Origin: Dehalococcoidia bacterium
GTDB taxonomy: Bacteria > Chloroflexota > Dehalococcoidia > Lucifugimonadales > Australimonadaceae
DNA length: 64,000 bases
Direction: 5' to 3'
NCBI GenBank assembly: GCA_965249185.1
Contig: CBDFLS010000002.1
Coordinates: 1,933,594-1,997,593, forward strand
In this document: positions 55,103-64,000 of the stretch, piece after piece
Position numbering within the stretch: the stretch's first letter is position 1
How the letters are laid out: each line of letters begins with the position of its first letter
Program-made: the position numbers and the translations under genes
The notes under the pieces: generated by a model
What the model was told of the DNA's origin: nothing
Seen by the model: only the letters and a program-made list of their open reading frames with translations
Database searches by the model: none

Positions 55103-56125
55103 ATGCCCGCCAACCCCCAGGCCTCTTTATCGGAGTCCGCATCCTTGAAAAGCAGCCCACTGTCTTTGACCATCGTCATTGTGGCTTGGAACTGCCGCGA
55201 TGAGCTGGAGGACTGTCTTCAATCGTTGGAGAGTGGGCTTTCCGATGTCCCGGTCTACGTGGTGGATAACGCGTCTTCGGACGGCACCCGTGAAATGGTG
55301 CGGCATCGGTTCCCGAACGTCCGCCTGGTGGCAAACGACGCAAACCTCGGCTTTGGTCCCGCTCACAACATTGTTCTTCGGGCGGTGCAGACCGACTTTG
55401 CGCTTATCCTGAATCCAGATACTATTCTTAATCGAGACGCCGTTATCCGATGTCATGATGCAATCCTTCAAGATGTTCGGATCGGTGTGGTAAGTTGCCG
55501 ATTGATTGGTGAGGATGGGTTACTGAGACCAGGTAACATTCGAGCTTTGCCTGACCTTATGACAACGTTTCGAGACGAGCTCCTTATAAGTTGGTTGTGG
55601 AGGATGCTTTCTTCAAATCGAGAGGAGAGAGCCATTAAGAGACACACCAGGCCGTTTGAAGTGGAGGTGGTCTCTGGGGCCTTTATGTACATAAGGACGG
55701 TCGCAGGCCGAGAAGTGGACTTCTTCGACGACGATATTTTCCTCTACGGTGACGATACAGATCTGTGCTATCGGCTGAGGCAGGCCCATTGGAAGGTCTT
55801 TTACGTACCAGATGCGAGTATTATTCATCTCGGAGCGCGCAGCACAGCGAAGGCCTCAGAACGGGCGTTATATCAGTTTTATAGGAGTGAGGATCACTAC
55901 TTTCGTAAGCACTACCCTCTTCATACTCTCATTGGGTACAGGAGCATAACATCGCTTGGGTGTGCTCTTAGAGCCGTGATTTACACGCTTCTTATGAGAA
56001 CTCGGAGATCATCAGACCGAGATGCACGGGTCGGCGTATACGTTCGTGTCCTGGCAGCGTATGGACGGGCGCTGCTCAACGGGTGGTTCTTCCGGCGGCG
56101 CGAAATCTTGAGACGGAACTTTTGA
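55103..56125 (+). CDS. family 2 glycosyltransferase
   Basis: 340 aa. LTIVIVAWNCRDEL...VVDNASSDGT...NLGFG...LNPDT and GDDTDLCYR motifs. Confidence 0.85.
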   Translation: MPANPQASLSESASLKSSPLSLTIVIVAWNCRDELEDCLQSLESGLSDVPVYVVDNASSDGTREMVRHRFPNVRLVANDANLGFGPAHNIVLRAVQTDFALILNPDTILNRDAVIRCHDAILQDVRIGVVSCRLIGEDGLLRPGNIRALPDLMTTFRDELLISWLWRMLSSNREERAIKRHTRPFEVEVVSGAFMYIRTVAGREVDFFDDDIFLYGDDTDLCYRLRQAHWKVFYVPDASIIHLGARSTAKASERALYQFYRSEDHYFRKHYPLHTLIGYRSITSLGCALRAVIYTLLMRTRRSSDRDARVGVYVRVLAAYGRALLNGWFFRRREILRRNF

Positions 56126-56182
56126 GAGAAGCGGGATCAGCACCAAAGTGGATCTAAAGCCCTAAATTGCACTTGACGAATT

Positions 56183-56209
56183 GCGGCTAAACCTTCGGGT
56201 TTAAGCCGC
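56183..56209 (+). terminator. hairpin with TTCG loop downstream of the GT2 gene
   Basis: GCGGCTAAACC, loop TTCG, GGTTTAAGCCGC (one bulge). The following T-tract is weak (TTATT). Confidence 0.4.
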
Positions 56210-56363
56210 CACCCGTTATTCCGAATATGATTGTTGAATCCTAGGAATGGTGGCCAGCCGGGGTGGACGGAGACCTGAATCTGTAGGCCCGCCTATTTGG
56301 GCAACCACACATTCCGTAGACATCTCGAATATGCCAAGGGCCAAGAGCCGTTGAGGGGGAAGC

Positions 56364-57515
56364 GTGAAGGCGCTCCACATAGTTGCGAGCCTGGCCGTCG
56401 ATTGGGGCGGCCCACCGCGTATGGTCGCTTCGCTATGCGAGTCTCTTCAGGCAAAGGGGATCGCGTGCACGGTGCTCGCTCCTGATCTGCCCAAGGGCGC
56501 GCGCCTGGTAGAGATCGAGGGCGTGCGGGTGGAGACCTTTCCCACCGGGTGGCTCTCTCCGCTGTGGACGGGGCACAGCCCGAAGCTGGCGGCACGTCTG
56601 CTCGACATCGTTGCGGGGTTCGACGTGGTGCATATCCACGAGCTCTGGCATCACTCGCACTACGTGGCCGCCAAGGCCGCCTCGCGAGCTGGAAAGTCCT
56701 ACGTGATAGCCCCCTACGGAGCCTTGCAGCCCTGGGCGCTGAAGCAGAAGCCGATCAGGAAGCGCCTCTACTGGTCCATAGCGCAGCGGCGCATACTGGA
56801 GCGGGCGGCTGCCGTGCACGTCTCCTCCAAGGCTGAGGCTGAAGCGGCGCTTCACACCAACCGTCGAAGCCGGCCGGTTGTGATCCCCGGCGGGGTCGAC
56901 GTATCCCAGTTCGCCGTGCTTCCGGACAGGGAAGTGTTTGAACGCAGCCACCCGGAGTTGAAAGGGAAGAGAGTCATTCTGTTTCTCGGCCGTCTTCATC
57001 CGGTTAAGGGCCTGGACCTGCTGGCGGATGCGCTGGCTGAGCTGGCGCGGGAGGACCGCTACAGCGATGTATATGCGGTCTGCGTCGGACCCGATGAAGA
57101 TGGGTATCTCGCTGCCCTTGAGCGTAAGTTCATGTCCGTGGGTGTGTTGGAACGGACGATCTTCACCGGCGCCTTGACCGGTGAGGACCGGCTGGCCGCG
57201 CTATCGCGGGCGGACCTTTTTACGTTGCCTTCGTACTCAGAGGGATTCAGCGTCGCTGTGTTGGAAGCGCTGGCGGCGGGCCTTCCGGTGCTCATCAGTC
57301 AGGCGTGTAATTTTCCAGAGGTATCCGAAGTGGAGGCGGGGGAAGTGGTTGCGGCGGCCAGCGGCGAAGTCGCCAGCGGGCTGAGGCGTATCTTGGATGA
57401 TGCAAGCCACCGCCGGCGAATGGGAGAGAACGGCCGCAAGCTGGTGCAAGAGCGTTATACGTGGGACCAGACGGTGAATCAGGTTATCGATCTGTATGAG
57501 CGAGTAGCGCGCTAA
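56364..57515 (+). CDS. family 4 (GT-B) glycosyltransferase
   Basis: 383 aa. GTG start after GAGGGGGA. The C-terminal PSYSEGFSVAVLEALAAGLPV (EX7E region) is present. Confidence 0.85.
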   Translation: MKALHIVASLAVDWGGPPRMVASLCESLQAKGIACTVLAPDLPKGARLVEIEGVRVETFPTGWLSPLWTGHSPKLAARLLDIVAGFDVVHIHELWHHSHYVAAKAASRAGKSYVIAPYGALQPWALKQKPIRKRLYWSIAQRRILERAAAVHVSSKAEAEAALHTNRRSRPVVIPGGVDVSQFAVLPDREVFERSHPELKGKRVILFLGRLHPVKGLDLLADALAELAREDRYSDVYAVCVGPDEDGYLAALERKFMSVGVLERTIFTGALTGEDRLAALSRADLFTLPSYSEGFSVAVLEALAAGLPVLISQACNFPEVSEVEAGEVVAAASGEVASGLRRILDDASHRRRMGENGRKLVQERYTWDQTVNQVIDLYERVAR

Positions 57516-57646
57516 AACAGCCCTCCCTCGTGACAATGGGGTGCCGCGGCTGTAACCTGTAAGGTAGGCTGGAGAGCGCCTGCCGCCTTGGAGGCACGAT
57601 GCGCCTCATGGTGGGCGCCTGCTCGAGAGTTACGTAGGGGGAAGCT

Positions 57647-58588
57647 GTGCAGCGAGTCCTGGTCATCGGCGGCGCGGGATATATTGGCGGTTCGACTGTC
57701 GATGTGCTCGTGGAGCGTGGGTTCGACGTGCGCGTGTATGACAGCCTCCTCTATGAGGAGCAGTACCGCAAACCGGTCGATTTCGTATTTGGCGACGTGC
57801 GGGACGGTGAGCGGCTCAAGCCCCACTTGGCTTGGGCCGATACGGTGATCTGGCTGGCGGCGCTGGTGGGTGATGGCGCTTGCGCCCTGAACCCTGACGT
57901 GGCCATGGAGATCAATAGAGACACGGTGGCATGGCTGTCCCGGAATTACGATGGCCGGATCGTCTTCCCATCAACCTGCTCCGTATACGGCGCACAGGAC
58001 GGTCTTCTGGATGAACATGCCCCCGAGGCGCCCCTATCGGTTTATGGCAAATCAAAATTGGAGGCGGAGCAATTCTTGACGGACAAGAATGCGCTCGTAT
58101 TCCGCCTGGGCACTCTGTATGGCGTGGGAGACCTCTTCTCACGTCTGCGCCTCGATCTTGTGGTGAATACCCTCACGGTTAGGGCGCACACGCAGGGCAA
58201 ACTCACCGTTTTCGGGGGTGAGCAGTACAGGCCGCTGATTCACGTGCGCGACGTGGCCGAGGCCATCGCGGACGCGCATGCAAGCGAGATGACCGGCGTG
58301 TTCAACCTGCATTCGGAGAACATGCGTGTCTGGGACCTGGCGCAGCAGGTCGCCACCTACTTCCCAGGTGTTCGGATCGAGCGCACCGAGATGAAATTTG
58401 AGGACACCCGGAACTACAGGGTATCCAGCGATAAGGCGCGTAACTCCCTCGGCTATGTCCCCAAGCTTTCACTGGAAGACGGGGTCGCGGAGCTCAAGGC
58501 GTTACTCGATCAGAAGCGGTTGACAGACGTTAACAATGTCCGGTATGTGAACCAGGGGTTCCTTGCGCAGATGGGCGCCTCACGCTGA
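57647..58588 (+). CDS. NAD-dependent sugar epimerase/dehydratase (extended SDR)
   Basis: 313 aa, GTG start. GGAGYIGGS and YGKSK motifs. Confidence 0.8.
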   Translation: MQRVLVIGGAGYIGGSTVDVLVERGFDVRVYDSLLYEEQYRKPVDFVFGDVRDGERLKPHLAWADTVIWLAALVGDGACALNPDVAMEINRDTVAWLSRNYDGRIVFPSTCSVYGAQDGLLDEHAPEAPLSVYGKSKLEAEQFLTDKNALVFRLGTLYGVGDLFSRLRLDLVVNTLTVRAHTQGKLTVFGGEQYRPLIHVRDVAEAIADAHASEMTGVFNLHSENMRVWDLAQQVATYFPGVRIERTEMKFEDTRNYRVSSDKARNSLGYVPKLSLEDGVAELKALLDQKRLTDVNNVRYVNQGFLAQMGASR

Positions 58589-58651
58589 GGCGTGCATCTG
58601 ACAGCGGAGCTCTGAGCTTCGCCACCCACTGTTCAGAGAGAAGGCCCAGCC

Positions 58652-59092
58652 TTGAGCGAACCTCGCCTCATAGAAGGGAACTTAGTGGCGGACGACCGTG
58701 GGGAGTTGGCGTTCGTCAACGAGTTTGACTTTGCAGGGGTGAAACGCTTCTACACGGTGAGCAATCATCGGACCGGTTTCGTACGGGCATGGCATGCCCA
58801 CAAGCAGGAGGCCAAGTACGCAACGGTCGTAACCGGAGCGGCGCTGTTCGGCGCGGTGGAGGTGGATGACTGGGAGAGTCCCTCACAGGACTTGGAAGTG
58901 CACCGCTATACGCTAACGGCCAAGCGGCCGTCCGTACTGTTCATTCCGGCGGGATACGCCCACGGATATATGACGCTGACCGAGGAGACCAGGGTTACGT
59001 TCTTTTCGACCTCGACGCTGGCCGAGTCGAGCAAGGACGATTTTCGATACCACGCTCGCCATTGGGATATCTGGACCGTGGTAGAGCGGTAA
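58652..59092 (+). CDS. cupin-fold NDP-sugar epimerase/ketoisomerase-like protein (RmlC/FdtA-like)
   Basis: 146 aa, TTG start. DDRGELAF...VRAWHAHK...IPAGYAHGY pattern. Confidence 0.65.
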   Translation: MSEPRLIEGNLVADDRGELAFVNEFDFAGVKRFYTVSNHRTGFVRAWHAHKQEAKYATVVTGAALFGAVEVDDWESPSQDLEVHRYTLTAKRPSVLFIPAGYAHGYMTLTEETRVTFFSTSTLAESSKDDFRYHARHWDIWTVVER

Positions 59093-59108
59093 CGCTGGAG
59101 CTGGAGCG

Positions 59109-60086
59109 ATGTCAAGCAGCGGGGTAAAACCCTCAGGGCTTACGCATGTGACGGTCCTCGGTGGCTCGGGCATGCTGGGCGCCATGGTGACCGATGCTTT
59201 AGCGCGGGACCCTTCGTTGCGGGTGACCGCCACCGTTCGCAGCCAGACGCTGCGAGACCATGGCGCCGCCAAGGTCCCGGAGGCGACGTGGACCATCTTC
59301 GATGCCGCGGCATTCAACGGGCATGATTCCACCTCGGTGTTCCAGGGCCAGGACTACGTGATCAATGCCATCGGCATAATCAAGCCCTACATCCACGACG
59401 ACAATCCCGACGAAGTGAGGACCGCGATTCAGACCAACTCCCTCTTTCCACACCGTTTGGCGTCCGTTGCCGGGCGGGAGGGCTTCCGGGTCCTCCAGAT
59501 CGCCACCGACTGCACATTCGATGGCACCAAGGGAGGATACGTTGAGGGCGATGCCCACAATCCCACCGATGTGTATGGGAAGACGAAAAGCCTCGGCGAA
59601 GTAAACGCCGACTGCATGCACCACCTCCGCTGCTCCATAGTCGGCCCGGAGGTTAAGGGAGCGGCTTCTCTGCTTGAATGGCTGGTGGGACAGCCGGAGG
59701 GCGCCCAGTTCCGTGGCTTCTCCAACCACCGTTGGAACGGGGTGACCACACTGCATTTTGCCAAGGTGTGCCATGGCATCGTAACCGGGGGCCTGTTGAC
59801 GCCTCGCTTCCAGCACCTGATTCCGACGGGAGTCGTGACAAAGGCGGAGCTGCTGCGCCTGTTTGCTCAGACCTACGGCCGCTCCAGCGATTTGACGATC
59901 TCCGAAGCCGAGGCGCCAGTGGCTATAGACCGCACCCTGGGCACCCAAGCCCCGGAGAGCAACGACTTGCTCTGGCAGGGCGCCGGTTATGCGGAGCCGC
60001 CGACCGTGGCTGCGATGATTCGAGAGATGGGGGCCTTCGACTTTCGGCTCGGGAGAGCGCCGGCGGAGACGATAGCGGGAGATTAG
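59109..60086 (+). CDS. NAD(P)-dependent sugar reductase (RmlD/CapF-SDR-like)
   Basis: 325 aa. LGGSGMLG Rossmann motif and YGKTK catalytic pair. Confidence 0.7.
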   Translation: MSSSGVKPSGLTHVTVLGGSGMLGAMVTDALARDPSLRVTATVRSQTLRDHGAAKVPEATWTIFDAAAFNGHDSTSVFQGQDYVINAIGIIKPYIHDDNPDEVRTAIQTNSLFPHRLASVAGREGFRVLQIATDCTFDGTKGGYVEGDAHNPTDVYGKTKSLGEVNADCMHHLRCSIVGPEVKGAASLLEWLVGQPEGAQFRGFSNHRWNGVTTLHFAKVCHGIVTGGLLTPRFQHLIPTGVVTKAELLRLFAQTYGRSSDLTISEAEAPVAIDRTLGTQAPESNDLLWQGAGYAEPPTVAAMIREMGAFDFRLGRAPAETIAGD

Positions 60087-60088
60087 GC

Positions 60089-61174
60089 TTGAAGATCGCT
60101 ACTGTTTACGGGACTCGACCCGAGTTCATCCGTCTCAGCGGCATCTGCCGAGAGATGGACAAGCACTGCGATCAGACACTGATTCATACGGGTCAGAACT
60201 ACGATCCGGGTCTCAGCGATATATTCTTTCAGGAGCTGGGTCTTCGGTCCCCTGACATACACCTGGGGGTTCGGGCCAAGAGCTTCGCCAATCAAATCGG
60301 CCAGATGATTCCTGCCCTCGATGAGGCTATCGAGCGGGCAAACCCCGACCGGGTCATGGTCCTCGGCGATACCAACTCCACATTGGCCGCGGCCATCGTA
60401 ACGGCGCGCAGGAGAATTCCCACCTTCCACTTGGAGGCCGGCAACAGGTGCTACGACGACCGAGTCCCGGAGGAGGTTAACCGGAGAATAATCGACCACT
60501 GCTGCACCGTGCATATGCCGTACACCCACAGGAGCAAAGAAAATCTCGTGAAGGAGGGGATCGCGCGGGAGCGTATCTTCGTTATCGGCAATCCCATCAA
60601 AGAGGCGATGCAGGCGTTCGATGAGCAAAGCGCTCGCAGCTCCATCTTGTCCCAGATGGCGCTCAGCCCTGGCCAGTACTTTTTGGTTACCGCGCACCGT
60701 ACGGAGAACGTCGATGATAGGGACCGGCTGGCCAGCCTGTGCCAGGGCCTCGCCGCCGCCGGCGAGCGGTATCAGTTGCCGGTTATAGTCAGCACCCACC
60801 CACGTACGGCGGACAAGCTAAAGCAGTGGGGAATACGGGTCGACGAGCGATGGGTGCGGCTCCATGAGCCTTTCGGCTTCTTCGACTTCATGGCCCTTGA
60901 GAGGAGTGCGCGGTGCCTCATCACTGACAGTGGTACCGTGCAGGAGGAGGGCTGCATCTTGGGTATTCCGGCGGTGACTATCCGAGACACCACCGAGAGG
61001 CCTGAGACCATCGAGTGCGGGAGCAACATCCTGGCAGGGGTGAACCCCGACTCCCTCTTGCGGGCCCTGGGGATCGTGCTCGAAGGTGCGCGGCGGTGGA
61101 ATCCTCCGTCTGAATACCTGGAAGACTCGGTCTCCCGGACCGTTGCGCAGGTAGTCCTCGGTTACATGGCATAG
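60089..61174 (+). CDS. wecB: UDP-N-acetylglucosamine 2-epimerase (non-hydrolysing)
   Basis: 361 aa from TTG 60089 (GGGAG 7 nt upstream). GTRPEFI, GDTNSTLA and HLEAGNR motifs. The 5' part of the 498-aa track ORF is read-through of the upstream gene in another frame. Confidence 0.85.
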   Translation: MKIATVYGTRPEFIRLSGICREMDKHCDQTLIHTGQNYDPGLSDIFFQELGLRSPDIHLGVRAKSFANQIGQMIPALDEAIERANPDRVMVLGDTNSTLAAAIVTARRRIPTFHLEAGNRCYDDRVPEEVNRRIIDHCCTVHMPYTHRSKENLVKEGIARERIFVIGNPIKEAMQAFDEQSARSSILSQMALSPGQYFLVTAHRTENVDDRDRLASLCQGLAAAGERYQLPVIVSTHPRTADKLKQWGIRVDERWVRLHEPFGFFDFMALERSARCLITDSGTVQEEGCILGIPAVTIRDTTERPETIECGSNILAGVNPDSLLRALGIVLEGARRWNPPSEYLEDSVSRTVAQVVLGYMA

Positions 61175-61250
61175 ACTTGGCTCGCCTGGTCTTGCAGTCC
61201 CCGAACGGACCGTTTGTCTGCCTATTTCCGTTGGACATCAATGTGGCGCC

Positions 61251-62474
61251 CTGAACATTCTGATCCTTTCCCAGTTCTACAAGCCTGAGCCGCTTCCCAA
61301 GATTCATGAGCTGGCCGAGTCGCTTCAACAGCTCGGACATCGGGTAACGGTCATCACTGGCTTTCCGAACTATCCGGAGGGAAGGATCTACCCCGGTTAC
61401 AAGCTCCGTCCTTGGCGCACCGAAGTTGTCGCGGGGGTGCGCGTAATCAGGCTTCCCCTGTGGCCGGACCACAGCCGGTCGGCAGTCCGCCGCATGCTCA
61501 ACTACTTTTCCTTCGCCGTATCAGCGACCGTATTGGGCCCGCTGCTGTGCGGGCGGCAGGATGTGATGTATGTATGGCATCTACCGACTACGGTCGGAAT
61601 GGTCGCTTGGGTCATCCATCTTCTCCGCCGCGTGCCATTCCTTTATGGCGTGCATGACCTCTGGCCAGAGAGCGTAGTAGCGGCCGGAATGATGCGTGGA
61701 GGACCGCTGGTCAAGATATTGAATGGGCTCCAACGGTTCGTCTACTCAAGGGCGCATCTCATCGGCGTGGGGTCTCCAGGCTTCATCCCCCACCTGGAAT
61801 CCAAAAGAGTTCCACGCAGCAAGGTCCATCATCTTCCCGACTGGGCAGATGAGGAGGTCTTTCACCCAGTCGCTCGCGACGAAGAGCTGGCCAAGACTTT
61901 GGGTATGACTGAACGTTTTAACGTGGTCTTTGGCGGGCAGTTGGGCATAGCCCAAGGGCTCGATACCATAGTCGAGGCCGCTGAGCTGCTCCGCGAGCAA
62001 ACCGATATCCAGTTTGTGCTAGCCGGAGAGGGTGTGGAGAGGTCCAGGCTGGAGGCTAGAGTCCAACGAGCCGGATTGGAGAATGTACGGTTCTTGGGGC
62101 AGGTGCCGCCCGAGCAGATGAATCGAATCTACGGACTGTCCGATGTGCTGTTGGTACACTTGAAAGCCGGCTTCTTCTCCAGTCTGAGTATTCCGGGAAA
62201 GACCTATGCATATCTGGCTAGCGGAAAGCCCATGCTCGCCGCTCTGGATGGCAGCGCGGCACGGATGATTGAGGAGATTGGCGCCGCTCTAGTATGCTCA
62301 CCGGAGGACCCGCGGCGGATGGCGCAAGCCGTGCTCGATTTCCGGGCGATGACGCCGGCTGATCGCGAGAGGATGGGTGCTTTGGGCCTGGAGCGGTTCC
62401 GTTCCCACTATTCGCGGCGGGCCGGTGTGGCCCTACATGAAAAGATGCTCAGCTCCCTGGTCTGGCATGATTGA
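61251..62474 (+). pseudogene. WbuB-like family 4 glycosyltransferase lacking an in-frame canonical start codon
   Basis: Homology-like sequence LNILILSQFYKPEPLP...GHRVTVITGFPNYPEG starts at 61251. Frame 0 is open from 61155 but has no ATG, GTG or TTG before 61437. ATG 61241 is one base out of frame (ATGTGGCGCCCTG). Confidence 0.6.
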
Positions 62475-62536
62475 GCGTCCCAATACGGTGGAAGCCCGGC
62501 TCGGATACGGCCATTGATGACAGCAACACGCCATTT

Positions 62537-63178
62537 ATGACAGTAACACGATTGTACAAACGGCCTTTCGATCTGATGGTGCTGGTTATCGCGCATCTCC
62601 TCCTGCTGCCGGTCTGGATACTGCTCTGGATAGCGATTCCCATAGCTATCTGGTTGGATGATCGGGGGCCGGTGTTCTATCCACAACGCCGCATCGGAAA
62701 AGAGGGGCGCCCATTCCAACTGCTAAAATTCAGGACCATGGTGAGTAACGCGGATAATATCGGTCCGGGATGGACCGCGGAGACGGATGAGCGGGTCACT
62801 CGCGTAGGCAGAGTGCTCAGGCGGACCGCTTTGGACGAGCTTCCCCAAGTGGTGAATATCTTTCGGGGTGACATCAGCCTTGTGGGGCCCCGCGCGCTAC
62901 CGTTGAAAATGCACGAAGAGATGACGCTAGAAGAGCCAAGCTTTCCACTGCGTCTCCAGATCCGTCCGGGCCTTACGGGATTTGCGCAGCTCTACCTGGC
63001 TCGGCACTGCTCACCTCGAAAGCGGTTGCATTACGATCTGCTCTATATTAAGAAGCAGAGCCTGTGGGTGGATATGAAAATCGTTCTTTTGTCTGTTTGG
63101 CTTACGCTCACCGGCAAGTGGGGAACCGGCTCTCGCAAGGCAGAGCATACTTCCAAAAGCTACGAACAGGGTGTGTAA
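62537..63178 (+). CDS. priming phosphoglycosyl transferase (bacterial sugar transferase, PglC/WbaP C-terminal type)
   Basis: 213 aa from ATG 62537 (the track start TTG 62471 is also possible). YKRPFDL, KFRTM and DELPQVVNIFRGDISLVGPR motifs. Confidence 0.85.
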   Translation: MTVTRLYKRPFDLMVLVIAHLLLLPVWILLWIAIPIAIWLDDRGPVFYPQRRIGKEGRPFQLLKFRTMVSNADNIGPGWTAETDERVTRVGRVLRRTALDELPQVVNIFRGDISLVGPRALPLKMHEEMTLEEPSFPLRLQIRPGLTGFAQLYLARHCSPRKRLHYDLLYIKKQSLWVDMKIVLLSVWLTLTGKWGTGSRKAEHTSKSYEQGV

Positions 63179-63191
63179 GGAGTGCGTATAT

Positions 63192-64000
63192 AGTGCGAAT
63201 CTTAATCACGGGCGGAGCCGGCTTTCAGGGAAGCCACATCACCAACTTGCTCACGCAAGCGGGCCATAGGGTCACCATACTCAACACGCCATCCCCTGAG
63301 GCGGAACGGAACATCGCTTCATTTGCCAAGGACGTGCCCATTGTTTGGGGGAGTGTCACTGACAAAGAGATCGTGACCAAAGCCGTCCGGGGAATGGATG
63401 TTGTATTGCATTTGGCGGCTCAGATTAACGTCGATGAATCGATTCATGCCCCCGTCACTTTCATCGAAGTGAACACATTGGGCACTTGCAACGTATTGGC
63501 GGCAGTGCGGAACAGTGGCTGCCGGCTCATCTATGCGTCAACGTGCGAGGTGTACGGGTATTCAGGTGATGCGCCCCTGAAGGAGAGCGCCGAGCTTAAG
63601 CCGTACAGCCCGTATGCCGCCAGCAAAGCGGGCGCCGAGAGGCTTTGCTACGCGTACTACATGACATATGGCGTCGATGTCACCATCGTCCGTCCGTGCA
63701 ACATCTACGGTGAGGGCCAAAAAAGGGGTAAGGGTGGAGCCGTGATATCGATCTTTGCCAATCGGGCCCTCAAAGGCGAGCCACTCGTGGTCTCCGGTAA
63801 TGGGCAGCAGAGGCGGGAATACATGCACGTCTCTGATCTCACCCAGGCCTACGCGTTGATTCTCGGGCGAGAAGACCTCAAAGGCACCTCCATTAACATC
63901 GGAACAGGGGAGACAGTCTCCATCAAAGAGATAGCCGAAGCTGTTAGCGCCAAGTTCGATGTACCCATAGAATTTCAACCTGCAAGACTGGGAGAGGTTC
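63192..64000 (+). CDS. NAD-dependent sugar epimerase/dehydratase, 3'-partial at window end
   Basis: GTG start after TAAGGAG. TGGAGFQGSH and YAASKAGAE motifs. The ORF runs off the window, so it is absent from the track. Confidence 0.8.

Noticed and set aside
1-64000. Search for CRISPR arrays, tRNA/rRNA genes and phage, defence or toxin-antitoxin modules
   Set aside because: I saw no regularly spaced short repeats, no cloverleaf-like or rRNA-like segments, and no nuclease/ATPase defence gene signatures. This was inspection by eye only, so tRNAscan, Infernal and minced-type scans are still advisable.

Overview
High-GC bacterial chromosome segment; the taxon cannot be determined from the sequence alone. 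Left end: a small DUF5679-type zinc-ribbon gene (too short for the ORF track), lgt, and a large polytopic membrane protein. Positions 3.2-14 kb (minus strand) hold one long operon: rpiB, fused transaldolase/glucose-6-phosphate isomerase, a HAD hydrolase, gnd, zwf, pgl, glmS and a CpsB-type PHP tyrosine phosphatase. From 15 kb to the window end (mostly plus strand) lies a very large surface-polysaccharide (EPS/O-antigen-like) locus. It encodes a BY-kinase remnant, ATP sulfurylase, UDP-GlcA synthesis/epimerisation, rmlACBD, glf and an NDP-heptose module (kinase, gmhA, gmhB, nucleotidyltransferase). It also encodes an epimerase/cupin/reductase/2-epimerase block, five or six glycosyltransferases, a pyruvyl transferase, two methyltransferases, a Wzx flippase, a Wzy-like polymerase, a priming phosphoglycosyl transferase and an EPS-type wHTH regulator. 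Two things stand out. (1) An atypical, apparently undescribed ulosonic-acid-like module. It combines a divergent DAHP/KDO8P-synthase-like aldolase, a shikimate-dehydrogenase-fold protein, a Gfo/Idh/MocA oxidoreductase, a NeuB-like protein lacking both metal-binding histidines, two tandem CMP-sugar-synthetase paralogs (the second degenerate) and a KpsS/TagF-like transferase. (2) The locus is being dismantled by mobile DNA. There are five near-identical 845-bp IS1595-family copies, an intact IS3-family element, a decayed IS3-like remnant, an IS1380-family element and an IS256-family element. They interrupt the phosphatase, the kinase, a sugar O-methyltransferase (twice) and the polymerase (at least three sites, four elements), while the precursor-synthesis genes read as intact. 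No rRNA, tRNA or CRISPR array was recognised. Many long ORFs in the track are antisense or alternate-frame artefacts of high GC. All family assignments rest on motif recognition by eye, not on database searches.
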